A DNA stretch of 64,000 nt from Octopus sinensis (GCF_006345805.1 NC_043003.1:87544001-87608000); one strand, 5' to 3'; numbered from the stretch's first letter, positions 26,501 through 39,307 are shown. The notes: generated from the sequence alone by a model not told the origin. Translations and numbers: made by a program.

Positions 26501-27882
26501 TCAGTTTTACATTCTTCTATTTTTTTGTCTGCTTCTGCATCACAGAAAAATCCTTTTTTAAAGTTTTTTTGAATATTTTCCCCATGATAATCAACAACTT
26601 TGGTCTACTCTGATGCTACAGAATATTGTGTTTTAATATCCATCATATGATAATCAACAACTCACTGCAGTGTAAAAGTCTTTGGAGTGTTTTTCTATTT
26701 TAGTTTTTTTCTTCTGTAGTCAATGAGGGAAAGATCGTACTCATACCTGATCATACCCATGACCTTCAGATCATTTAAGAGTGATGAGATTGATACAGTT
26801 TATTTTCAATTTGAACATCTGTTAGTCAATATTTGTGTGAAGAGAAAACTAGTGGGATAATGTTCTGGGGAGGAATGTTTGGGCAAAAGTGGCTTGTGTA
26901 GGGCCCAGTGTTTGGCTTGGATGGAAGTTGCATGTGACTCACTTGATCATAGAATATGTAGAGAGGTTATTGTAATCTAGGTTTCTATTAATTCATTAAT
27001 GTACAATGTTCCCACCAAATGAGTCTTTATAATTATTGGACATTACACATTTGACTTGGAAACAGCTTGCTTGTGCAAGTGCAGTCAGTCAAAAGATCTG
27101 CATACCAGATACCAGTAAGTTTCAGAGGTCATCAGGAGAGAATGTGCACTGTTTTAGAACATTCCTCTCAACAGCTATACAACACTTGAGCTTCCATTCA
27201 TTGATGTAAAGCTCTGCTTACTTAGTCAACTGATTTACTCAATCTTAAGTCCATTTCAGGATCATCATCACCATTCAAATTGTGGAAATTTGCAGGTATG
27301 ACTTGCCATACAGACAAACAGGTGCCTGCCTCACACCCCACACATCACCTCTCCAGCCATGTTTTGTCATCCCTTTTCAGCCATATGGCTAGCTCTCACA
27401 ATTGTCACCTGAATTTCTATCAAGATGGCATTTGCTTGCTGATATTTGATGCTAATTGATAGCAGCTACCATCTCAGTCTGGTTCCATTAAAACCTCTAG
27501 ATCCAATTTTCTTATTAACTCTTCATGAATGCAAATTAGGGTATAATTATTCTTTTATGACTTTTTCAGCCATGCCGTTTATTTCTGGACAGTTAATTGT
27601 AATTACTTGTACAATAAAAATTAAACTTTATGCATGAATAAGGTAAAGACTCCTAATTTTGTCAAGTTTATTTCAGAATGTTTAAGTTTACTTAAGGAAT
27701 AACTAATGGTTTTTTTACCTTCTGTAATGCATTTTCAGGTTTCCCCTTCATTAGTGTAACTTTGCCAGTTTTTCTTAATTTCTCAAATGTATTTATGCCC
27801 TTTTGTTACTCTGTTTCTTTGTTATTAGCTAGGGAAGCAGTTTTAATTCAGAATAGCAATCTGTGTATCTTATGTAACATGG

Positions 27883-28369
27883 ATATACTATAAGAAAGCC
27901 ACAACACTGCAGTATTCATCTTGAGAAAGCATCTTGTATAGATGTGTAGTGCTAAAAAGCACAGAAGTATCAGCAGCTGATGAAAAGCATCCAGCAGTGG
28001 TGGAATATCACAGTGTTGTAACTTTCTTACAATACATAAGATATATAGATTGCTATTCTGAACTAATACTGCTTCTATTGTTAACAAATTTTCCTCAGCC
28101 TGCCTGCTATTTGCAACACCAGTGATTTGTTAATCATTGTTTTTCTATATCAGTAAGGGTGAAATTTGCCTAACACTGCAGTGATTGTGGTTACTTGCTA
28201 CCAATGATGTGGAAATACATAGAAATCCTGGATCTAGTAATTCCATTGCTGCTGCTGCTGATTGTACTTCATCTGCTACTGATATTTCTGTGCCTTTTAA
28301 CACTGTACATCTATATGAGATGTTTTCTCAAGATGAATACTGAAGTTTTGTGGTTTTCTTATAGTATAT
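27883..28369. repeat. Diverged inverted repeat, about 130-bp arms, about 225-bp spacer
   Basis: ATATACTATAAGAAA.CCACAA.ACT.CAGTATTCATCTTGAGAAA.CATCT is mirrored at 28315-28369. Confidence 0.8.
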
Positions 28370-29511
28370 TTATGGTTAAGTAAGATGTATAGGCAATATT
28401 TTTAACTGTAATAAACCTATGTGTTTCATTTAAATTGTAAATAATTCTAAAATAATCACAAACTTAGACTAGTTTCATAAAACAACTATAATTTGTTGAC
28501 ATATGAATGTGGTTTTTGGAACAGAACTTAGAGGGTTCTCAAATATATAATAATTTTTGTTCTCCAAGTGAATGTAATTAAAGGTAAATTCACCAAAATG
28601 GATTTTTTTTACATATGCAGAAGTGTGTGGCAGGACTTTTATTTCTTTTTATTAGGACAATGGTGAATACCCTGTAACCACTAAAAGTGAATTGGTTGAT
28701 TAGTTTAAATAGTTTACATGCAGCATAGGTAACAATTATACATAAGAAGGGGGGGGGGCAGCTAATGTTTCTGAGCAGTACTGTTGTAAACCAAAAAGTT
28801 ATTTGTTTTATCTCAGCACTACCATTTTTGTTGGTCTTTCTGAGATGGAACAAGAAATACATTGTAATTTCTATTTCCACCTTTCTACATAAACTACTTA
28901 ATTTTAATGGTGTTAAACATTCAAGGTGTATTTACTACAAAAATTCTGTCATAGATCTTCCATATAAAAAACAGAAACTACAACAAATTCATGAACTTAT
29001 AATAGAGAATTTAAGGAAAACTTACATGGATGAAGGAAAACTCCAGAAATACATTTGTTGATAATACAAAAAAAAAAAAAAATAGAAAGTCCTTTATCAT
29101 ACTCCTGGAATAAAATTTGAAAATCCTTAAATAAACTTTAAAAGATGCTTCTTCCTTAGTTCTTCATTATTATCCTAATTTTAATATTCTTCCAACTACT
29201 CAGAGAGAAATAAGAGAGGAAATGTACACATGTAAGTGTTTGTGTGTGTACACTCACACACACCATTAGAATTGAATAGTTTAAATAGTTTACAAACAGT
29301 TTAGGGAGAAAGGGCGAATAGGAATGACAATTTCTTGTTCCAATCAACAAAAATGGTGGTACCTAGATAAAGCAAAGTACTTTTTGGTTTACAAGAGCAC
29401 TCTTTAGATACATCAACTCCACCTAACCCCTTTCTGTATAAAACTGTTTTAGATTCACACACACACATGCATGCGTACGTTCGCATGCATGCACACACAC
29501 ACAGCAGCAGC

Positions 29512-29624
29512 AGCATGGCTGTGTGGCTGAGAACTTTAGTTCTCAGTCACATGATTTCAGGTTTAGGCCAACCAAAGCCTTGTGAGTGGATTTGGTAAAT
29601 GCAAACTTTCTCTTTCTCTCTGTC

Positions 29625-29655
<31 letters not shown>

Positions 29656-29915
29656 TTCTCATACACACACACGATTGTATTGGTTTCTTCTTATTTTGAC
29701 ATCATGTGATGTTTTAAATGAGTGTCAGTGTCATACAAGCAGTGTCCTTTCTTTCAAATCATCCATGAAAACATGTCTGGCCATGGAAAATATTTCCTTA
29801 CTTGGAAGCAAGTGAGGGTAATCTACAGGAAGGGCATCTGGTCATAGAAAAATTCTGTCTCAATGAATAATGCCTGATCCATGGAAGTCTGGAAATTTGG
29901 ATGTTAAAACGAGGG
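29512..29915 (+). mobile_element. Partial SINE family A plus element with RTE-like tail
   Basis: CATGGCTGTGTGG head, CCAAAGCCTTGTGAGTGGATTTGG core, then GGAAGGGCATCTGG..GGATGTTAAAAC tail. Confidence 0.6.
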
Positions 29916-30387
29916 TGGTGATTGCACTTAATAGAGCAACAGACTTTTACTATAACATTATCAGTGTTGTTATAATTCAAAGAGTATTTTATTTTATCCA
30001 GGCAACAAAATGCTTTAATAAGGAATATAAATATATATATTTGTTTATATTTGTTTTAACTTTGCATTATATCTCCATAAGGTCATTTGTTATTGCCAAT
30101 AACCTATTACCAACAATAAAACCCAAAGTAGAATGAAGCCATAAAAGATGACTAAATGTCAGTCTTCACAAGCTCTGCTAATGTCGAACAAATTAGCTAT
30201 GTTAATGCACAGTATACATCTGTGCAAAATTCTTAGCAAAGTTTTTGTACTAGGTTTCTTTACATTAGGCTCCAGGCTTACTTTTGTGGGATTACAACGC
30301 CTCCAAATTATGCTTCAATATGGTAATGAAACTTAACTGTTGCTATTTTACTACTAAATTAATTATATTCATTCTTCATTCTCACAG

Positions 30388-30430
30388 AAATATATTTCCT
30401 GATAACATCATAGGTGCTTCGTTTAGACAG
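30388..30430 (+). CDS. SLC1A: 43-nt exon (phase 2 to 0) of SLC1/EAAT-family transporter: (R)NIFPDNIIGASFRQ
   Basis: Pyrimidine-rich acceptor TTCATTCTCACAG|A and donor CAG|GTAAGA. The peptide matches SLC1 NxFPxNxxxAxFxQ; as I recall, vertebrate SLC1A genes have a 43-nt exon here. Confidence 0.85.
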
Positions 30431-30654
30431 GTAAGATAACTATTTTTAAAATTTAAACTCTTGACTTGTTTGAGACTAATTAAGGGGTGCAATGATATTT
30501 TATGTTCAGTTGGACAGTAATGCTTTTTTAAAGTTTAATTTCTCTGATGTTAAGGTGACACACTACTTACCTAAAGCTCCTACATAACCCACAAGCAAAC
30601 TGTTGCAGTTTGTAAAACTGGCATCAACAAAACAGTTACAATTCTTTGCAATTC

Positions 30655-30950
30655 TTCTTTTTTTTTTTAAGTGCCTTTATTTCATTGTGGAGTATGAGTG
30701 AAGTCTTTGTATGTATATGATCTATGAGTGAGGTCTGTAAATGTATGTGGTCTGTGAGTGAGGGCTGTAAATGTATGTAATTTATGAGTGAGATTGTATA
30801 TGCAAATGCTCAATGCATATGTACTGTTTTGCTTTTATTACTCTGCTTTCTGTGTGTACAGTGAATGTTGTCTGTTTTGTTACTCTTAGTATTTTTTACC
30901 TTTTGTATATGAATGTATATGTATGATGTACATATATACATATACATTCT
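30655..30950 (-). mobile_element. Probable retroelement 3' tail (TG-rich, AATAAA + poly(A) on minus strand)
   Basis: Poly(T) then AAGTGCCTTTATTTC; CA-rich on the minus strand like the tails at about 52000 and 57750. Confidence 0.4.
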
Positions 30951-31659
30951 GTGAAAGGACAGAAGGAAAGACAGATCAATAGAAAGCTATTTTATTTCAA
31001 TATTAACAAAAATGATTAAACAAAGTCTAGATACATACAAGAATGTATAAGTACGTAATGTAATTAAGAGCAAGAATAAAGACAAATAAATAATTGCAAA
31101 AATATGGAAGGTAAACAATTCTACACAGAAAAACTGAGACAATTAGAGTTAAACAACCAATAATACTACATTCAAAAGGTATGGGAAGAATTAATTGCAA
31201 TGCCTTATAATCAAGTTGACAAAGGATCATGATGAATGATATATTAATGTAACAGACACACCTATTGAATCAACAAGCCCTCTCTCAAAGAAAGGCAACC
31301 TCTGTGACTCTACCAATTAGTACACTCACTTATAATATCTCTAAGGTAATGGAGATCGCTCTCTCTTTCTTTCTCTCTCTCTCTCTACCTATCTGTCTGT
31401 CTGTCTGTCTTTTTTGTAGGCTTTTCTTTCCACAGATAAACCTGTTTTACATTTTTATCCCATCTTATTTTGCTGTTTACATGTCCCAAACACTTTCGAT
31501 CCCTTTTGATTGTATTTTTTTTCTTTCTTTCTTTTGAAAAGAAAAGTTCTACATTGTATTGTCCCCTCTGTGTTTGGCCCTGTGTGGCTAATAAAGAAAG
31601 CTGTCTATCCATCCATCCATCCATCCATCCATCCATCCATTCATCCAGACCATTTAAAA

Positions 31660-32720
31660 TCATGTGTTCAGTCCATCAAGGATGCCCCCTTTTGTTGCTT
31701 CTGTATGTATTGACTCCAGAGCCACTGTTATGAAAGTTGGCGATGCAGAGGGGCATCCCGCAGGAACTGGGATGCAGGAGGTGCATGTCTGCATACGTGG
31801 ACGTCACCGTCATAGTGTCAAGCCACAAGCATATCGACCTAATCAGCGAGACACTAAAAGAATATGAAGCAGTAACGGGAGTGAAAATTTACTCAGAAAA
31901 GTCAGTGGGCTTGGGGCTCGGCACCTGGAGAGACAAGCCCATGCCATCCAACACTGGACCGGCAGACTGGTTAAATTGCTCGGGGTCTGGCTCAGACTAG
32001 ACCTCCAAATGGAGAAGAACTGGGATGAGATAATGAGTAAGGTAGCCACTCTTACCCAGCAATGGGCTGAGAGAAAGCTATCTCTAAAAGGTCGGGCGGA
32101 GGTGGTAAAAATGTACATCGCATCTATCATCTATTACCACCTGACCACCATCCCTTGTCCTGACCCTACCATCACCAAACTGGAATGCATATTCTTCCGC
32201 TTTTTGTGGAAGGGAAATGTTCCGATGGTTAGGTGATCCATTTGCTGTCAACACTCACTAAATGGAGGGCTGTTGTGGTTGATGATGTGCAGACATGCAC
32301 TGAGACTGTGACATCTCTGGCACTTCGTAGACGATGGTGAACAGATGTGGTTGCCGTTTGTGAGGCATGCTTTCCTGCAGCTCGTCTCTTTGGCTGAACT
32401 GCAGTCATAGATCAAATAGAGACCAAAGCTAGGCGAATGGCACCGTGAGTGCTGCCTTGCTCTCAAGCAACTTTGCTGTCCAGGACCAAACTTGTGTGAC
32501 TTCAATTTCACATAGGCATTCTGTAGAGGATTAGTGGAGGGGAGGTGTGACGACATTCTTGGGGAGAATCTGGGTGTCAACGGGGAACACCTAACCCACC
32601 TCTTCAGGACAACTTTGGGGCCGGGACCTATGGACAATCATCAGAGATCTCTGACCTGGCAGTGCTATCAGGAAGCATTGCCTGTTGAGGATAAGCTCTA
32701 CAGGTACAGTTCGAGATACA
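31660..32720 (+). mobile_element. L1/Tx1-clade ORF2 RT fragment, preceded by (TCCA)n at 31606-31646
   Basis: SVHQGCPLLLLLYVL, SAYVDVTVIVS, LLGVW, WAERKLSLKGRAEVVKMYIASIIYY..FLWKG. Confidence 0.85.
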
Positions 32721-33271
32721 CTGCACCAGTCCACACAGATGGCAAAATTAGTAATAGCTTTATTTCAAAAGGCCACTCTAATTACATTCTGTGTCATGCT
32801 GAATCTTCCAGCATGTTAATTTCAGCAAACAAGCTGTTCTGTGGATTGAATCAACTGGAACACTCATCATTGTAACTGATGGAGTGTCAGTTAGTTGTTT
32901 TCTATTTACATCTAGGTGGAGTAAGCCATTTCAGAGTTGACAACAGATGTGCAGTACGGATGACTGGATATGAACCACAAATCTCTCAGTTGATTGTCTT
33001 CTATCAACTCACTCATCTATATCTTCTCTCCAGAATATATTGATCCCTACTTGACATTGTGTTGTTATTAAAAAAATTCTATATATTTGATAAAACAAAT
33101 AGTATTTGTATGCTCCTTTGTTCCTGCGTGTGTGTGTATGTGTTATCAACTGTTTTCTTTACCACATTATTTTAATAACAAATGACAGATTGTTGGCAAA
33201 ATGGATAACAACTTGCAAATTCTACTATCTTCTATATCCATGTCTTTTTCCTATTTCCTTTCCTTCCACCA

Positions 33272-33322
33272 TTTCTTCTTCTTCTTCTTCTCCTCCTCCT
33301 CCTCCTCCTCCTCCTCCTTCCT
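33272..33322. repeat. (CTT)n(CCT)n microsatellite
   Basis: Direct sequence. Confidence 0.95.
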
Positions 33323-33455
33323 CCATATTCTACTCCTCTCATCCATTTGTACTTATTTTTTTCTCCTATTCTGTCTTCAACATTGCACATTAATGTTGGC
33401 AGAAGCATTAGCATGCTGGGCGAAATGCTTTATTTCGTCTGTCTTTACATTTATA

Positions 33456-33815
33456 GGAGCAGGAGTGGCTGTGTGGTAAGTAGCTTGCTTACCAACCACA
33501 TGGTTACAAGTTTGGTCTCACTGCGTGACACCTTGGGCAAGTGTTTTCTACTATAGCCTCAGGCCGACAAAAGCCTTGTGAGTGGATTTGGTAGATGGAA
33601 ACTGAAAGAAGCCTATCATATATGTGTGTGTGTGTTTGTCACCCCAACATCACTTGACAACTGATATTGGTGTGTAACTTAGTGGTTCAGCAAAAAGGAC
33701 CAATAGAATAAATACTAGGCTCACAAAGAATAAGTCCTGGGGGTCAATTTGCTCACTGAAGGTGGTGCTCCAGCATGACCACAGTCAAATAACGGAAACA
33801 AATAAAAGAATAACA
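33456..33815 (+). mobile_element. SINE family A, preceded by a truncated head of another SINE (33388-33452)
   Basis: GGAGCAGGAGTGGCTGTGTGGTAAGTAGCTTGCTTACCAACCACATGG ... GGTGCTCCAGCATGACCACAGTC. Confidence 0.9.
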
Positions 33816-34135
33816 GAAAGTTACCATCTCCTATGGTTCTTATTTACAGTCACATGAACAAGGCCATTTGAGAGATAGCAGATGTCACTTTGCTTCTGAT
33901 AACATATTATCTACTGACCAACTGCATGATGTTGAATGGTCAGTATGGTGTTCTACGAGCTGTGGTTTTCCCCCTCTGTCAGCCAGTTCTCCTCATCACA
34001 ATTGATGGAAAAATATAAACATGTTTGTCTATCTACCATGTGGTTCAGTCAGTGCTAACAAAGTTTATAGAGCAAGAAAACTAATCAATCAAGACTAAAA
34101 CTGTCATTCAATTGAGGAAAACAAATCAGTGCTTG

Positions 34136-34166
<31 letters not shown>

Positions 34167-34663
34167 ATTCCTCATATAGTATTCTTTTCTTCTGTTATAT
34201 ATGTAGATGGATCGATATATGTTTAGGTAACATCAGCTGGTTAGGTAACATCACAAGTAGTGTTCTTTTTTTCCATTCTTCAATGAAAATATATCTGACG
34301 ATGGGGAAATATGTTTCTTGGAATTAGTTGAAGGTTCTCAACAGGAAGTAGAAATATCATTATTTCTAATTCTCTCTAAAGGAGACTACAGCAGCAGTAC
34401 TGGATATTAATAGTTATCGCCAAGCTAACATGGCAATCCAGAAAAATAGGACAAATGCTGCCGTTGATTAGCTCCAAAAGGCCATCGCCTCTAGCTAGCT
34501 ATGTGACACACAAACCTCAGGAAGGTTATCTGAAAATCTACCTTGGTAAACTCTATCCAACCTATGCAAGCAAATATAGACAGATGTTAAAATGATGATG
34601 TCTATCCATCCATCCATCCATTGTGTGTACCTGTATGTATGTGTGTGTGTGTGTAATATATAT

Positions 34664-34706
<43 letters not shown>

Positions 34707-35139
34707 TTCCATGATGGTAAGATCAATAAAAAGGTATTCCATCTGGTGGGAGATAAATAATAAACACAAGATATGTTTTTATGTGCTACTATTAGTTTTA
34801 TGCAATGAGAGCATGCAAGTCAGTATTTTTTAACATGTCTGGTGTGTCAGCACAATCTTCAGGCACTGCCCACATGGCATAACAAACTAAAAATGGGACA
34901 GTGGGATGAGAGAAAAAAAACAAGAAAAAAGTAGATATTAAAGGTGGAAGGTTGAAAGTCCAGAGAACGGAAAAGAAAACAGAAAGAAGCAAAAGCAGTG
35001 GTGGGAGGGGAATTAAAGTTATTTCCCCTTTGACTGTAAAATATAAGGCTGAAAAGATAGTGGCTTAGATTCTGTGGTACAGCTGTTCAATCAGGTGTGG
35101 GTGGCACTTTCCAATTTGTCAACAGGAACTTAGCCATAT

Positions 35140-35760
35140 GCTTACAACTGCTGAAAATTTTAGATCTAGAATTCAGCAGAAACATTAATAATAAAATTAG
35201 AAAGACTACTGGGCTACAACAATGGAATAACAGTTATACTGTAATTGATTGGTTCAAGAACATTAAGAATAAGCTTAGGGCTAGATTTACTCAGTTTGAC
35301 ATTATAGATTTTTATCCTTCCATATTGAGATCACTGCTTGATAAACCCATTGAGTTTGTTAAATCATATGTTGATATAGACTTGGACTTTATCATGCATG
35401 CAAGGAAAATACTACTGTTTAGTAAGAGCATAGATAAAAATTTCGATAATGATGAAATGTTTGATGTATCAATGGGATTGTATGGGATAGTGCTGACATC
35501 TGCCATCTTGTGGGTCTCTTTGTATTAAACACATTGAGATCTAAGTACCCATCTCACAATGTTGGTCTATACCGAGATGACAGATTAGGTATTTCCCGCT
35601 AAAGAAATGTTTGAGAATGCAGCCCTCTACTACAACAGTGACCTAGCCAATAGTGGCTAATATTAATAGGAATAATAATAATAAACCTAAAAATAGACCT
35701 AGGTGAATAATATGGTGTGCTCCTCTTTTTTCCCCCTTGATGTAAAAGCTAACATAAGTA
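35140..35760 (+). mobile_element. Naiad-like Penelope RT fragment
   Basis: GLQQWNNSYTVIDWFKNI..FTQFDIIDFYPSI..IMHARK.LLF..FDVSMG; GLYRDD; NAALYYNSDLANSG. Confidence 0.8.
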
Positions 35761-35761
35761 C

Positions 35762-36570
35762 TTCACTGTACTGACAACATCCCTGTACATAGCTTGTACA
35801 GCTCGCACCACCCACTCATCTATCCCAAGCTTCTGTATTGACCACCAGATAAGGGAGCAGGGGACCCTGTCAAAGGCTTTCCCCATGTCAACAAAAACCA
35901 AGTACAGAGGTTTATCTTTGGCTAAATACTTCTCCTACAGCTACCTTACCAGGAATATAGCATCAGTAGTGCTTCTCCCTGGCACAAAACCAAACTGCAT
36001 CTCATCTAGACTAACTCTATTCCTAATTAGTTGAGCTATGACTATCTCTATAACTTTCATGACATGGTCTTGCAATTTGATACCCCTGTAATTATTTCTA
36101 CCTAAGGCATCACCTTTACCTTTGTAGCAGTTGGCTGTGGTGCTGCTACACCAGTCATTGGGTATGACTCCTTTGTAGACAACCTGATCAACTATACGGG
36201 TTACTAGACCATATTCCACTCTGTTAGATATTTTAAGCATCTCAGTGGTGATTCCTGATGGACTGGAGACTTTATCCATCTACATAACCTAAATTGTTTT
36301 ATCTACCAAGCTACTGTCTATTTGAATTGCTGTTGATCTGCATGAGGCAGACTCCCCTTCTGTGTATTCTCTACCTTTAGCATCCTTTCATAGTGGCACT
36401 TCCAAGCCACTTTCTTTGCAGAGTGAACCATCATCCATGAGAATGCACTTCTCTCCTACTACATCACAATTTTACCTGACACACTGTCTTACAAACTGAA
36501 ACACTTCAAGCCACTGTTCCTCACACCACAGAGCATTGGCATTCCTTTCTGCTTCATCCCTGGCTAAGTA
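35762..36570 (-). mobile_element. RTE family 1 RT fragment
   Basis: PSGITTEMLK..IPNDWCSS..YKGKGDAL..QFGFVPGRSTTDAIFLVR. Confidence 0.9.
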
Positions 36571-36580
36571 TAAGTGCAGT

Positions 36581-36822
36581 GGAGGTGTATGGCTTAGTGG
36601 TTAGGGTGTTGGCCTCATGAGCATAAGATTGTGGCTTCATTCCTGGACCAGGCAACACATTGTGTTCTTGAGCAAAATGCTTCATTTTACGTTACCCCAG
36701 TCCACTCAGCTGGCAAAAGTTAGTAATCCTGCAATGGACCAGCATCCTGTCCAGTTGGAGAATTTATACACCGTGAAAACCGGGGAACTGGCCCTTATAA
36801 GTTGGCATGACTCAAGAAGGTA
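36581..36822 (+). mobile_element. tRNA-derived SINE family C
   Basis: A box TGGCTTAGTGG and degenerate B box; central CTTGAGCAA..CCAGTCCACTCAGCTG and ATGGACCAGCATCC. Confidence 0.7.
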
Positions 36823-37162
36823 ATTTAACTTTACTTTAAGTATAATTTTCTCCTAGCTACCTGATATAGTTCCTTGCTACCACCACCCTTCTTGTCCTTC
36901 CAGGCTTGCTTCTTCACTCAAATATGCCCTGTCAACTACACTGTTCCACTACCTTTTTGTATCTAAACATATATACATTTTTTGCATTCTTTGTATTTAA
37001 TGTATTAAAAAATAAGAAGTTTTGAATGGTACAACAATGCACTATAATACAAACAATGTGCTATATACCTGTTGTAACTTAGTCATCCATAGTCTGATAT
37101 GATATTGCGGAATAATATTCCTTCTTCAGATATACTTAGATGGAGTCGCTGCTATAATCAGT

Positions 37163-37218
37163 TTTCTAACGGCTTTTCTTTTTTATAAAAAAAGATAAAA
37201 AAGAAAAGCCGTTAGAAA
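37163..37218. repeat. Perfect 24-bp hairpin, 8-nt loop
   Basis: TTTCTAACGGCTTTTCTTTTTTAT (37163-37186) / ATAAAAAAGAAAAGCCGTTAGAAA (37195-37218). Confidence 0.9.
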
Positions 37219-37224
37219 TTCAGA

Positions 37225-37530
37225 GAGCTCCTACCTCTGTTGGCAACAAAGGGCCTCTCCCTCAGATTGATGCCTGTGTGCCAAGAGCTATGCTACGTGG
37301 CAGTGAAACATGGGCTGTGACTGCCTTAGGCTTGAAAGAAATGAACCTGGCATGCTTTGCTGGATGTGCAGTGTCAGTGTGCATGTACGACTGTAAGCAT
37401 CTTGATCGAGAAAAGCTGGGCATAAGAGGCATCAGATGTGATGTGCAAGTAAGACAACTGTGCTGCTATGATCATACTGATCTCTAAATGTGGAGGAAAC
37501 ATGTAGAAGAGGTAGACCCAGGAAGATGGT
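37225..37530 (+). mobile_element. RTE family 1 C-terminal fragment
   Basis: AMLRGSETWAVT..REKLGIRGIRCDVQ. Confidence 0.8.
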
Positions 37531-37650
37531 GTTCGTTGGGTGTTACTAACTCCATGACACTCACGAGAGTGTTCGTTGGATTGTTACTAAACTCCATGAC
37601 ACTCATGATAGTGTTTGTTGGATTGTTACTAAACTCCACAACAGTCACTC
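37529..37650. repeat. About 42-bp minisatellite, about 3 copies
   Basis: GTGTTCGTTGGATTGTTACTAAACTCCATGACACTCA repeated. Confidence 0.85.
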
Positions 37651-38449
37651 ATTGAGATATTGGCTATTTTTATGCCATGTCTATGATAAAAATCCAACAA
37701 GACTTGTTTGAATTGTTGTGAGCTCTAGTAGTTAGTATGAAAGATTAGCTAGTGTGAAATTTAAGTCATAATTTTCTACGACAAAATTAATTTACTTTCC
37801 AATTGTACTATAAATGCTAAATGTACATAAATAAACTAATGTAGTAATTATTTTCTCTTTCTTCACATTTATCAACTTGTTAATGAAATTTATTTCTGTA
37901 ATTATGAAACTGTGTATTTTTTTATAGCAGTTAAAAGAACACGAATTTGTTTATCTTCAACATACATGCATGCATAAAATGTCCATTAGTGTTTCTGAGT
38001 ATATATTCCTCGCTATAGCGTTTATGTAGCTGGAGTTAGAATTTACATATAATGATAAAACTTATAAGTAAGTTATAAGTGACGGGTTTATCAATATATA
38101 TTCCTACTTTGAAAGTAAAATATATTTATTATCTATTTCCAAATAGGAAACATATAAAAATAGTGTTACACAAATGGTAACAAAATGTAGCTATAAAAAG
38201 TGGTGACCGGCTATAAAACAGCCATATAAACCATGCCAAATCAGACTTAGGTCTGGAGCAGCCCCTCAACTTACCCGCTCTGATCAAACTGTCCAACCCA
38301 TGCTATTATGAACAAGAGATGTTAAATGATGATGATGATATACATATTTATTTATGTGTGTGTCTGTATTTGTGTATATTTATATGAATACATATGTATG
38401 AATGTGTGTGTGTGTGTATATATATATGTGTGTGTGTGTGTATACATGC

Positions 38450-39300
38450 CCAACCCACACTAACCTGTTGATTCCCTACTGATTCCCTCCATCTCCATCA
38501 GCTCTGTAGAGACAACAATGATTTCGTGACACAATCTCAACTTGTGGCTTGCCACTTCAGCCAACAGGAATACTCCCACTGTTATTCAAGCTACCCTTGC
38601 CCATGCTAGGTCTGTTGACTGTGCATCCACACACTCTCCTTAAGCCTGCTCCACACTTACCCACCTCTCTTTCCTCCTTAGCTACCATCCCTCCACTCTA
38701 CCCCTTCAGTGCACTATTTTATGCATTTTCCATCACTCCTATCCAACCCCTCCACCTCCTGCATGTTCCCCAACCTGTTCCTCCTTTTTTCAAATGTGCC
38801 CATAACCTATGTGACCTACTGGTCAGTAATTCTTTTCCCACTTCCAACACTCAACCTGGCTCCTTCCTTTGCTATCACCTTTCGAACACAACCATTTTCA
38901 CCAGTACCCACGACCACTTCTTCTACATCTCCAACTCCTTCACTTTTGCCTCTGGCAATCTAATTTACTGCACCCTCTGCTCTCTTTGCCACTCCTTGTG
39001 CACTGGACAAACTAGTCAGTGCCTTTCTGATAATTTTGTCAAATACCTTGAGGACATCAGATGCAGTAATGACATCCCAGTCATGTGACATTTCCACTAG
39101 ACTGGTTATTCACTACAATATGTGTCTGTGTTCAAATTGGCCTTGCACAGAGGCCACCTAAACTCCTGTCTTCATCGGAAGCAGAGATTAATTTTCTTTC
39201 TCCATACTTCAGTCCCTCATGGTCTAAATTCTCCACTCATTTTCATTTAATCCCCTCCTACACTCATGCACACAACATGCCTGAAGTACTCTCTGCCTGT
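38450..39300 (+). mobile_element. Neptune-type Penelope-like GIY-YIG region and 3' end
   Basis: FKCAHNLCDLLV..PGSFLC..SNSFTFASGNLIYCTLCSLCHSLCTGQT..FVKYLEDIR. Confidence 0.75.
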
Positions 39301-39307
39301 TATTGCT

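Noticed and set aside
27105-27140. Minus-strand CTGATGACCTCTGAAAC
   Set aside because: Both core boxes are present, but no stem II or stem I pairing is found.
11290-35760. Selenocysteine-type UGA codons in Naiad-like fragments
   Set aside because: Linker cysteines are ordinary TGT/TGC; the stops seen are not at Cys positions.
37529-37650. CRISPR-like regular repeats (also 4896-5125)
   Set aside because: Contiguous tandem units without unique spacers, in eukaryotic DNA; a minisatellite and a LINE 3'UTR repeat.
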